A stretch of 37,026 nucleotides of DNA from a bacterium. GTDB taxonomy: Bacteria > Babelota > Babeliae > Babelales > JAUWHS01. Position numbers and translations under genes: made by a program. The stretch is taken from contig JAUWHS010000089.1 of the NCBI GenBank assembly GCA_030605785.1, positions 1-37,026 of the forward strand, given 5' to 3'. Within the stretch, counting starts at the first letter, position 1, and every line of letters starts with the position of its first letter. Shown here piece after piece: positions 8,685-17,490 of the stretch. Under the pieces are notes generated by a model. That model was not told the origin of the DNA. It searched no databases and saw only the letters and a list, made by a program, of their open reading frames with translations.

Positions 8685-9199
8685 AAACGAAAATTTTAAT
8701 AGGCGTAATAGTTCTTGCTATAACATTAGTTACAATTGACATCTATTTTACAAATCATATTTTCTCATCAAAAGATAAAGCTAAAAATATTGAATACACT
8801 TTGGCAATAGTCAAACCTGACGCGGTTCAATCAAAAAAGACCGGAAAAATTATAGATAGAATTGAAAATGAAAATTTTGAAATAATAAAAATAAAAAAAT
8901 TAAGATTAACACCAAAACAAGCAGAAAGTTTTTATTCCGTTCATAAAAATAAACCATTTTTTAAAAACTTAGTAAATTACATGACTTCCGGATCAATTGT
9001 TGTGATGGTTTTACAAAAAGAAAACGCTATCGAAGAGTGGCGTAAATTAATGGGCTCAACGAACCCGGAAGAAGCTGAAGAAAATAGCTTGAGAAATCTT
9101 TTTGGAACAGATATAGAAAAAAACGCGGTTCATGGTTCTGATTCACCACAAACCTCAAAAAAAGAAATTTATTTTTTCTTTCCTAGTTTTATAAAATAG
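8681..9199 (+). CDS. ndk: Nucleoside diphosphate kinase with an extra N-terminal transmembrane/signal-anchor segment
   Basis: TLAIVKPDAV, FYSVHKNKPFF, GSIVVMVL and the active-site NAVHGSDS. I prefer the ATG at 8681, which overlaps the alaS stop as ATGA, over the track's GTG at 8663. The N-terminus is MKTKILIGVIVLAITLVTIDIYF. Confidence 0.9.
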   Translation: MKTKILIGVIVLAITLVTIDIYFTNHIFSSKDKAKNIEYTLAIVKPDAVQSKKTGKIIDRIENENFEIIKIKKLRLTPKQAESFYSVHKNKPFFKNLVNYMTSGSIVVMVLQKENAIEEWRKLMGSTNPEEAEENSLRNLFGTDIEKNAVHGSDSPQTSKKEIYFFFPSFIK

Positions 9200-9264
9200 T
9201 ACAAAAATCTTTTTTTAAATCTCTTAATAACGCACAAAAAGAAGTTTCTAAAGAAATTAAATCT

Positions 9265-9783
9265 TTATTCAATTATGTCGGATAAATTAGATAATTCGCA
9301 GTTTTTTTTGCCACCATGCGATCTAATAATTTTTGCTATTTTTAAACGTAATTTAGCCGTTTCATAATTATTATCAATTGAAAGAACAAAATCCAACGGC
9401 GTTGCTCCAACTTTATTTTTAACGTTTACATCAATTCCATAAAACAAACACAACTTTACACACCATTCTTCACACAAAAAAGCTGCCATGTGTAACAAAG
9501 TGTTTCCTTTGCTATTTACCAAATCCCTATTATTCGAAACAAATAATTTTAAAAATTTTCGAAAAAGGATAGGAAAAAATAATAGCTTTGCATCACCATT
9601 TATTACAAATGCTTCAAACGGTATACCTTCAAATTCTTTTCTTGTTAAATCAAACTCTTCATCTGTCAAAGATCGCTGATTGTCGTTTAACATAAAAACA
9701 ATCTCTTCTTTATCAACAGGGAAAATATTTATTGGAAATAAAACTGAGATAAAAAACAAAAATAAAATAAAAAAGATCTTCAT
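9265..9783 (-). CDS. Small secreted ankyrin-repeat protein
   Basis: Signal peptide MKIFFILFLFFISVLFPINIF. ANK consensus in GNTLLHMAAFLCEEWCVKLCLFYGIDVNVKNKVGATPLDFVL. Confidence 0.75.
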   Translation of the reverse strand: MKIFFILFLFFISVLFPINIFPVDKEEIVFMLNDNQRSLTDEEFDLTRKEFEGIPFEAFVINGDAKLLFFPILFRKFLKLFVSNNRDLVNSKGNTLLHMAAFLCEEWCVKLCLFYGIDVNVKNKVGATPLDFVLSIDNNYETAKLRLKIAKIIRSHGGKKNCELSNLSDIIE

Positions 9784-9927
9784 AATCTCCCCCTTTATTT
9801 ATTTTTTCTTTTTTTAGAAAATAGCAAAAGAAAGTTCCATATTACAATAAATATTTACAATTAATTGATTAGTTGGGTACTTACTCTTTAAATTTGTAGA
9901 TATTCATCAATCTAAAAGGAGAGAAAT

Positions 9928-11268
9928 ATGAAAATAAAATGTTTTATTTTGTTGGCTTTTTTGTTTACCAGCACAAATGCGTCAAACAAAATTGTCGGTT
10001 TAGAGAATTTGGGCAATACATGTTTTATGAATTCAACTCTGCAATGTTTATTTAGCCTGGATGAACTCAATAATTTAATTACCCAAAATATAAATAAATA
10101 CAAAAAAAACTCAATTTCGAAAGAATATATTGACCTGATAAATAATTATAAAGAAAACCAAACAGATTTTTTTGAACCTCAATCTTTTTGCAATACAACT
10201 AGGGAAAAATTTGATTTAAACAAGCAAATAGATGAAAACAGATTTCAACAAGAAGACGCGCATGAATTTTTAATGCAATTATTATCACATCTAACAGATG
10301 AAGATCTTAAAAAGAATAATGAAGAATTAAAAAATGAATTAAAAAATTTAATTTACACAACTTTAAGTAGCCAAATGACACAAAATGATGTTAGTTGGGA
10401 TGGCCTAAGTGAAATGACAACAAATCTTTCAGTAGAAATAACAGGCAACCAATTATCAGGCTGTTTAGATTCTTTTTTTGCAAAAGAAACTCTTGAAGGT
10501 GGAATACAAAAACAATACAAAGTCTCAGATTTACCCAAATATTTAATAATTCAGTTAAAACGATTTAATCCAGATTTAACAAAAAACACAACTGATATTA
10601 CTTTCCCGATTTCAAACTTAAATTTGAAAAATTATCTATCAGAAGATATAAAAAATGAAAACGCAAATTATAATCTTATTGGAATTATCGCTCAATCAGG
10701 AGGGGATTTAGCAACCGGTCATTATATTGCCTACACAAAACGAAATAAGGTGTGGTATCAATTTGATGATGAAAAAATAAAAAAATTAGATTGTGCTCCT
10801 TCAGGCAATATTAAAGAGGACGACGATTACACTTACATGCCCTACATTCTTTTTTATGAAAAAACAATAACCAAACATATTCCGGAACAACCGGTTACGA
10901 TGCAAATTGATAAACCGATTCATACTTTTCCAAACACTTCCTCAGATGAAATGAAAATCTTTTTAAAAAGCATAAATCGTACTGGTAATCAAAAAAAACT
11001 AACTTATAAAATAAATCTACTTAAATTTTTTATTAAAGAATTCGGAATTCCTGAGGAACTAAAAACATTTAGTTGGAGTTGGGCGAGTTGGTTTTGGCAA
11101 TGGTTTGGTTATCCTGCTCCAAACCCATGGCAAGAAATAATAACTGAAAATGATGTCGACACTAAAATAAACAAATCAAATGTAGATAATTTTTTAGATA
11201 CCGTTCAACAATTTAAGCAATATTTAATAGACAATGATCAATATCCGGAAAATGATAGCCCTGAATAA
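9928..11268 (+). CDS. Eukaryote-like ubiquitin-specific protease (USP/UCH, peptidase C19) with signal peptide and Trp-rich C-terminal extension
   Basis: Cys box GLENLGNTCFMNSTLQCL (Cys codon 10021-10023), QQEDAHEFL, LIIQLKRF, and His box GHYIAYTKRNKVWYQFDDEKI. RBS aaaaggagagaaat lies before the ATG. Confidence 0.85.
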   Translation: MKIKCFILLAFLFTSTNASNKIVGLENLGNTCFMNSTLQCLFSLDELNNLITQNINKYKKNSISKEYIDLINNYKENQTDFFEPQSFCNTTREKFDLNKQIDENRFQQEDAHEFLMQLLSHLTDEDLKKNNEELKNELKNLIYTTLSSQMTQNDVSWDGLSEMTTNLSVEITGNQLSGCLDSFFAKETLEGGIQKQYKVSDLPKYLIIQLKRFNPDLTKNTTDITFPISNLNLKNYLSEDIKNENANYNLIGIIAQSGGDLATGHYIAYTKRNKVWYQFDDEKIKKLDCAPSGNIKEDDDYTYMPYILFYEKTITKHIPEQPVTMQIDKPIHTFPNTSSDEMKIFLKSINRTGNQKKLTYKINLLKFFIKEFGIPEELKTFSWSWASWFWQWFGYPAPNPWQEIITENDVDTKINKSNVDNFLDTVQQFKQYLIDNDQYPENDSPE

Positions 11269-11295
11269 TAATATTTAATTTTATATAAAACAATT

Positions 11296-11328
11296 AAAGC
11301 CCGACATCGCAATGCTCAACCGGGCTTT
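11296..11328. terminator. Hairpin between the convergent USP and clpB genes (probable bidirectional terminator)
   Basis: aaagcccg (11296-11303) pairs with cgggcttt (11321-11328). A/T runs flank both sides. The loop is long (17 nt), so only moderate confidence. Confidence 0.45.
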
Positions 11329-11332
11329 AATT

Positions 11333-13894
11333 TTAACTTATAACAATCTTTTTATTTATTAATCTTACAGAAAATTTTTTCTTATCAGGATTTTTCAACA
11401 TTTCAACAGCTAACGGATTTGTAACATAATGTTGGATTGTTCTTTTTAGCGGTCTTGCGCCAAATTCTTTGTCATAACCAAGTTCCGCCAACTTTTTAAC
11501 TACATCATCAGTAATTGAAAGTTCAATATCTTGCTCTTTAATTCTTTTTATCAAATTACTAATTTGAATTTTCGCGATTTTTACAACATCAGATTGTGTT
11601 AAAGATTTGAAATAAACTATTTCATCAATACGATTCAAAAATTCCGGTCTAAAATGTTTAAACAATAAATTATTAATATCTTCTTTTACTTTTTCAGTTA
11701 TATCACCGGCTTTTAAAATTAAATCTGAACCTAAATTTGATGTCATAATAATTATGCAATTTCTAAAAGAAACGGTTCTTCCCTGAGAGTCGGTCAACGT
11801 TCCTTCATCTAAAATCTGTAAAAACAGATTAAAAACTTCAGGATGCGCTTTTTCAATTTCATCAAAAAGAACAACACTATACGGATGTTTACGAACCTGT
11901 TCTGTAAGTTGGCCACCTTCTTCATAACCAATGTATCCCGGAGGAGCGCCAATTAATCTAGCGACTGCATGTTTTTCCATGTATTCGGACATATCAATTC
12001 TTATCATTCTATGTTCATCATTAAAAAGATAATCTGCCAAAGTTTTTGCGACTTCAGTTTTTCCGACTCCGGTAGGACCTAAAAATAAAAAGGAACCTAT
12101 TGGTTTATTTGGATCCGATATACCGGCTCGATGAACACGAATAGTGTCCGCGATTTTTGTAATTGCTTCGTCTTGACCGATAACCCTTTGATGTAAAACT
12201 TTTTCCATTTCAATTAATTTTTGACTTTCATCCGCTTTTAACTTTTCAACAGGAATTTTAAGCCAACGTGATAAAACCGCCGCGATATCATTTTCATCAA
12301 CTTCTTCTTTAATTAAATGATCCCCATTAATTTTTTTTAATTTTGCTTGCTCTTGCTCTATCTTCTTTTCAACTTCAACTAATTTTCCGTATTTAATCAT
12401 AGAAGCTTTGGAAAAATCACCCTCTCGTTCCGCTCTATCATATTCAACTTTTAACGCGTCACGTTCTTCTTTTAGTTTTTGAATCTTTTCTAACGGCTGC
12501 CGTTCTGATTTCCACTTTTGAGTTAGTTGTCGATCTTGCTCTTTAAAATTTTCTAATTCTTTACTCAAAACTTCCAATCGTTTTTTAGATTGTTCGTCTT
12601 TTTCTTTTTCGAGAGCCACTTTTTCAATTTCCAGTTGCCTTATTTTTCTTTCAAGTTTATCCATTTCTTCCGGTCTTGAATCAATTGCCATTTTTACCAT
12701 TGACGCGGCTTCATCAATCAAATCAATCGCTTTATCGGGAAGATAACGATCAGGAATTAGCTTTGCGGATAAATTTGCGGCCTTGACTAAAGCTTGATCT
12801 TTTATTCTAATTCCATGATGAAGTTCATAACGCTCTTTTATTCCTCGTAAAATTGAAATTGTATCTTCAATGGACGGTTCTTCAATTAAAACTTTTTGAA
12901 ATCTTCGTTCAAGAGCTGCGTCTTTTTCAATATACTTTTTATATTCCATCAAAGTTGTAGCGCCAACACAATGCAAAAGCCCTCTTGCGAGCGCCGGTTT
13001 TAATAAATTAGACGCATCCATTCCACCATCTGACGCTCCGGCGCCAACTAGCATATGAAGCTCATCAATAAATAAAATTACAGACTCGGATTCCTTTTCA
13101 ATGGCTTTTAGGATTGCTTTTAAACGTTCTTCAAATTCACCTCTAAACTTTGTACCCGCAATTAACGCTCCCAAATCGAGAGACAAAATTCTACGATTAC
13201 GCAAACTTTCAGGAACATCATCATTTACGATTCGTTGCGCGATCCCTTCAACAATTGCCGTTTTACCAACTCCGGGATCACCAACCAAAACAGGATTGTT
13301 TTTTGTTCTGCGAGATAGAATTTGAATAACTCTGCGAATTTCAACATCTCGACCAATTACCGGATCTAATTTTCCTTCTCGCGCCAGTTTTGTTAAATCC
13401 TGACAATATTTTTCTAAAACTTGGTATTGGTTTTCAGCTCCTTGATCTTTCACAGTCTCCCCCTGCCTTAAAGAATTCACCCAATCTAAAACTTTTTGAT
13501 ATTCAAAATTATTTTGTTTAAAAAAATCTAATATTGATGTTGGTAAATTAGTTGTTTTTGCAAACGCGAGCATACAAACATCAACACTTATAAATTCATC
13601 ATTTAAATTTTTTGCGATTTGATCACACTCAGATAAAAATTGCTGTAAAAAATAATCAGGCGCCGGTTGAGCTCCTTGAATCGTTGGAATTTTAGATAAT
13701 TCTTGTCCAACTAACTCACTTAGCTTATTTGTGTCTATTCCTAAAGACGCAAAACCGGACAAACAAAAATTGTTTTGCAACGCGACGGCCAAAATATGTA
13801 TTGGTTGAATAACGGAATGTTTATTTTGTTGGGCTAAAGAAAAGGCTTCTTGCAATAATTGCATAAAAGCGTGTGTGAAATTTTGTTCATTCAT
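11333..13894 (-). CDS. clpB: ATP-dependent chaperone/disaggregase ClpB
   Basis: Two AAA+ modules ([13 protein letters not shown] and [12 protein letters not shown] Walker A). Long M-domain coiled coil between them ([20 protein letters not shown]...). ClpB-type N-domain. Confidence 0.96.
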   Translation of the reverse strand: MNEQNFTHAFMQLLQEAFSLAQQNKHSVIQPIHILAVALQNNFCLSGFASLGIDTNKLSELVGQELSKIPTIQGAQPAPDYFLQQFLSECDQIAKNLNDEFISVDVCMLAFAKTTNLPTSILDFFKQNNFEYQKVLDWVNSLRQGETVKDQGAENQYQVLEKYCQDLTKLAREGKLDPVIGRDVEIRRVIQILSRRTKNNPVLVGDPGVGKTAIVEGIAQRIVNDDVPESLRNRRILSLDLGALIAGTKFRGEFEERLKAILKAIEKESESVILFIDELHMLVGAGASDGGMDASNLLKPALARGLLHCVGATTLMEYKKYIEKDAALERRFQKVLIEEPSIEDTISILRGIKERYELHHGIRIKDQALVKAANLSAKLIPDRYLPDKAIDLIDEAASMVKMAIDSRPEEMDKLERKIRQLEIEKVALEKEKDEQSKKRLEVLSKELENFKEQDRQLTQKWKSERQPLEKIQKLKEERDALKVEYDRAEREGDFSKASMIKYGKLVEVEKKIEQEQAKLKKINGDHLIKEEVDENDIAAVLSRWLKIPVEKLKADESQKLIEMEKVLHQRVIGQDEAITKIADTIRVHRAGISDPNKPIGSFLFLGPTGVGKTEVAKTLADYLFNDEHRMIRIDMSEYMEKHAVARLIGAPPGYIGYEEGGQLTEQVRKHPYSVVLFDEIEKAHPEVFNLFLQILDEGTLTDSQGRTVSFRNCIIIMTSNLGSDLILKAGDITEKVKEDINNLLFKHFRPEFLNRIDEIVYFKSLTQSDVVKIAKIQISNLIKRIKEQDIELSITDDVVKKLAELGYDKEFGARPLKRTIQHYVTNPLAVEMLKNPDKKKFSVRLINKKIVIS

Positions 13895-13915
13895 AACAAA
13901 ACCCCCGATTATAAA

Positions 13916-14977
13916 TTACGATACCTTATAAAAACTATTCTTTGGAATAGCAATATAACTTAAATTTCTAGATTTTCCCCAGGCTGTTAAAAAATCTTTT
14001 AAATGATACGCTTTTAAAGTTTTTTTGCTGCTAGAAAAAGCGGGATCAACACAAATCACAGCTTTTTTTTTCTTACTCCAACCAATAACAACAACAAAAT
14101 GTCCATTGTCATATGGCTTTCTTCCTCCACGCAATTTTCCACGAATACTAACAGCAACCGGAATTTTTCTTTTTAAATAATCATATAACTCATCAAAATT
14201 ATTTAGTCTTTGCGCTCTGCAAAAAACATTCCCTTTTGATGAATCAAAAACTTGCGCGGCATTTAAAATCCAATTTCCATAAATATCCAAATAACTGTTG
14301 TCATGAACTAAATTTGCAAAATTAGAAACAAATGATGTAAGTCCGCCAATTTTAGGCAACAAACGTTGAGGATTTAAATGATAATCTAAAATCATACTTA
14401 ATGATGTTGGTGAACAAATATCTCTAAACCGAGAATGTCCAACAACCATTTGTGATTGTCTGGGAAAACCTTTTATATAAGTTGTTGGTTTTTCCAGGCT
14501 TGATTTAGCTTCGCAAAATTTAGTCATATCACAAGTATCAACAAACAACGCTTTTAGATTTCTTAAGTCAGCCCCATTTTGAGCTATAACTTTTATTCTA
14601 AAAGCGTTACTTTTTTTTCCTCTGGTCAAAACCATTCGAACATGCTTTGCCTGAACAACAGGAATACGAGAATTGACAAAAGTTTGTTGTGTTTTAACAT
14701 CCCATTGCGCAAGCTTGCACCAGGGAGACCACTTATTATGCTTAATACTCACCAAAAAAGAAAATGATCCCTTTTTTGGTCTCAATGCATTCCAAGATAA
14801 AATCAATTCAGTAAATGGATTTTTTTGTGAACTAATCCAAATATAATTATTTGAAATTTTACCGTCATCATCGGTAAAATCATTAGTCGTTAAAAATTTA
14901 GATGTTACATGTGAAAAATTCGCGAATGAATTCTGATAAAAAAATATAAAAATAAGAAATAAAAATGTTTTTTTCAT
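13916..14977 (-). CDS. Secreted protein with C-terminal papain-like C39-like (Peptidase_C39_2-type) cysteine peptidase domain
   Basis: Signal peptide MKKTFLFLIFIFFYQNSFA. Candidate catalytic Cys in QMVVGHSRFRDICSPTSLSMILDY. Later IPVAVSI...DNGHFVVVIGW...ICVDPAF matches the Cys...His...Asp layout of that family. Confidence 0.6.
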   Translation of the reverse strand: MKKTFLFLIFIFFYQNSFANFSHVTSKFLTTNDFTDDDGKISNNYIWISSQKNPFTELILSWNALRPKKGSFSFLVSIKHNKWSPWCKLAQWDVKTQQTFVNSRIPVVQAKHVRMVLTRGKKSNAFRIKVIAQNGADLRNLKALFVDTCDMTKFCEAKSSLEKPTTYIKGFPRQSQMVVGHSRFRDICSPTSLSMILDYHLNPQRLLPKIGGLTSFVSNFANLVHDNSYLDIYGNWILNAAQVFDSSKGNVFCRAQRLNNFDELYDYLKRKIPVAVSIRGKLRGGRKPYDNGHFVVVIGWSKKKKAVICVDPAFSSSKKTLKAYHLKDFLTAWGKSRNLSYIAIPKNSFYKVS

Positions 14978-15028
14978 AACTCCCCCTCAATCCCCTCAAA
15001 TCTTCATTAATTGCTTACCGATGTTATG

Positions 15029-16471
15029 TTATTTACCAACACAAAAAGTATTAAAAACAGTATCTAATACTTTCTCTGTCACATTTTTACCCGTTAGTTC
15101 AGATAAATTTTCAAGCATCTCTTTTATGTGATAAGCAATTAATTCGTATTGTAGCCCATCAGACATGCATTTTACAACGAAATTCATCATTTGTTCCAAT
15201 TGAACAATTAAATTAAACTGTCTTTGATTCAATAAAAAAGGAGAGTTCAAGTTTTCAAATATGCGCTGAACTTTACATTGCATTATTTTTTCTAAATCTT
15301 TTATTCCGGTTTTATCTTTAGCCGCAACTTTTATGTAATCAGCTTTTTGTTGAATCTTATTAAAAAATTTATCTATATCAATTTCTGATTTATCAATTTT
15401 ATTAAAAACTAATATAACTTTATCTTTGTATTGCTTAATAATCTTACTATAAATTTTCAATTTGTCTGCATCCGCATGTTTCAAAAGAGACACATCAAAA
15501 ACAAATAACACAATGTCTGATTTTCCAGCTTCTTGCCAACTTCGCTCAATGCCCTGTATTTCAATTTCATCTCTAGTTTGTCTTAAACCGGCAGTATCAG
15601 TTAACGACCAAAAATTTCCATTTTTATACAAAGTTGATTCAACACTATCTCTAGTTGTACCTTCAATATCGGTTACAATCGCTCTATCTTTATTTAAAAG
15701 AGCGTTAAACAAAGTTGATTTACCCACATTTACATCACCAATTATCGCTATTTTAATTCCTTGGCGAATTTGCTGTTGAGCGCTAAAATCTTTTTTTATT
15801 TGTTTTAAGTTGCGCGAAAATAAATTGATTTTATTTTTGACTGAATTTTGTAAATCAATATCATTTTGCTCTTCTTCCAGAAATTCAAAACTTGCTTCAG
15901 TAATAGCCAGAAGCTCAATTAATTCTTGTTCTATATTTTTAAAAAAACTAGATAAAGTTCCTTTTAGTTGAGACATAGATTTTTTTAGAGCCAATTCCGT
16001 TTGCGCGCCAATAATTTCATTTATTGATTCAGCTTGAATGAGATCAATTTTATTGTTTAAAAAAGCGCGCTTTGTAAACTCACCCCTTTGAGCAAGTCTC
16101 GCGCCATTTTTAATTGCAAGTTCAATTATTTTTTCAATTATAAAAGGATTGTTATGGCAATTAATTTCAACTGTATCTTGTCCTGTAAAAGTTTTCGGAT
16201 CACGCATTAACAAAAATAAAACTTCATCAAGCGTTTCCGTTTTGTTCTTTTTTTTATCATGAAAAGATATAAAACCATGATGAATGGTATGAGTTGGTAA
16301 ATCTGACAGTTTTTTACCCGAAGATAATTTTGCGATTTTATCCGCGATTAAAATTGAATCTTGACCACAAAGACGCAAAATCGCTATCGCGCCACTTCCA
16401 ACGGGAGTGCAGCGAGCAATTATAGTTTCCTCATCACTACTTAAATGTTTTAATTTATTTATTCGCGTCAT
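15029..16471 (-). CDS. mnmE: tRNA modification GTPase MnmE
   Basis: G domain IAIIGDVNVGKSTLFNAL, DTAGLR and FNKID. C-terminal signature FCVGK at the very end. Overlaps the jag stop by 17 nt. Confidence 0.95.
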   Translation of the reverse strand: MTRINKLKHLSSDEETIIARCTPVGSGAIAILRLCGQDSILIADKIAKLSSGKKLSDLPTHTIHHGFISFHDKKKNKTETLDEVLFLLMRDPKTFTGQDTVEINCHNNPFIIEKIIELAIKNGARLAQRGEFTKRAFLNNKIDLIQAESINEIIGAQTELALKKSMSQLKGTLSSFFKNIEQELIELLAITEASFEFLEEEQNDIDLQNSVKNKINLFSRNLKQIKKDFSAQQQIRQGIKIAIIGDVNVGKSTLFNALLNKDRAIVTDIEGTTRDSVESTLYKNGNFWSLTDTAGLRQTRDEIEIQGIERSWQEAGKSDIVLFVFDVSLLKHADADKLKIYSKIIKQYKDKVILVFNKIDKSEIDIDKFFNKIQQKADYIKVAAKDKTGIKDLEKIMQCKVQRIFENLNSPFLLNQRQFNLIVQLEQMMNFVVKCMSDGLQYELIAYHIKEMLENLSELTGKNVTEKVLDTVFNTFCVGK

Positions 16472-17063
16472 TTTTTGTTAGTGGAGAATTAATAATTACA
16501 TGAAAATTATCGAATTTTTTCTTATGTTTTTTCTTTAAGATGTGCATCAATAAATAAGACAAACTTATAAAGAAACTTTTTTCATCATCTTTAGAATCAA
16601 AGATATTTTTTTGAAAATTAATATTAAGTATTTTTTTATTGATATTAGAATCAAACGGAACCTTAATATTCATAATTTTTATGGAATTCTCAAAATCAAA
16701 AAGAATCTCACTTGATAAATCTTTATCCCATCCAAAGCTTTGAGGTTTTACAGATCTTGCGGGTTTTGAATCCGGTTTTTCAATGTTTTTTGTATTTAAA
16801 TTTTGATATTGTTTTTTACTTACTTCTGTTTTTTTATTAAAAACCGTCTTTTTGTATTCTCTCGAAGTTTTTTGTTTTTCAATTATTTTTCTTGGTTTAT
16901 AAGAAATAGAAATAATGGCATCTCTACCCCAAAATCCAAAAATCCCCCTTTTCCCCTCATCAATAATTTTTATTGAAAAACTTTCGGGTCTTCCCGCAAC
17001 AATCCAAGCTTTTTCTATGGCGTTAAAAACAGTTGAACCTTTTTCAAAAACTGAATTCATCAA
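16455..17063 (-). CDS. jag: Jag/KhpB-like RNA-binding protein (Jag_N domain clear, C-terminal part divergent)
   Basis: Jag_N-like N-terminus GSTVFNAIEKAWIVAGRPESFSIKIIDEGKRGIFGF. Conserved position directly upstream of mnmE. Confidence 0.6.
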   Translation of the reverse strand: MMNSVFEKGSTVFNAIEKAWIVAGRPESFSIKIIDEGKRGIFGFWGRDAIISISYKPRKIIEKQKTSREYKKTVFNKKTEVSKKQYQNLNTKNIEKPDSKPARSVKPQSFGWDKDLSSEILFDFENSIKIMNIKVPFDSNINKKILNINFQKNIFDSKDDEKSFFISLSYLLMHILKKKHKKKFDNFHVIINSPLTKNDANK

Positions 17064-17258
17064 TTAAAATCCTTCTATCAATTAAAATCCATTACATATA
17101 AATGAAATTACATTATCAGAATCATAAAATAAACAATAATCTTAAAATGCTAAACACGAGATCATGTAATAGACTTTATATTTAGAAATCCTGATTTATT
17201 CACAAAATCTAACAAAACTAGCAAAAACCGCAATAAGAACCTAAAAACTACAAAAAAA

Positions 17259-17333
17259 TGGAGCGGGAAACGGGATTCGAACCCGCGACCCTTGCCTTGG
17301 CAAGGCAATGCTCTACCACTGAGCTATTCCCGC
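17259..17333 (-). tRNA. tRNA-Gly (anticodon GCC), CCA encoded
   Basis: Reverse complement is GCGGGAATAGCTCAGTGGTAGAGCATTGCCTTGCCAAGGCAAGGGTCGCGGGTTCGAATCCCGTTTCCCGCTCCA. It folds as a cloverleaf with 7-bp acceptor, D arm GCTC/GAGC, anticodon stem TTGCC/GGCAA with loop TTGCCAA, T loop TTCGAAT and discriminator U. Confidence 0.95.
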
Positions 17334-17490
17334 ATTTGAATCAAATATGCTAAAAATTAACTTTAAATAGTATAAATGTCAATTCAAAAATTTCCATATC
17401 ATTATTACAAAAGTAGTAATTATCTCTTTTACATCAATCAATCTTGTGCTAGGTTAAACAAAGGCTCTAAAAATATAATTATCAAGGCTA

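Noticed and set aside
17061-17090. Direct 12-nt repeat caattaaaatcc x2 (18-nt period) overlapping the jag start codon
   Set aside because: It is short and AT-rich in an AT-rich genome. It is probably a local duplication of the RBS/start region, with no further evidence of function.
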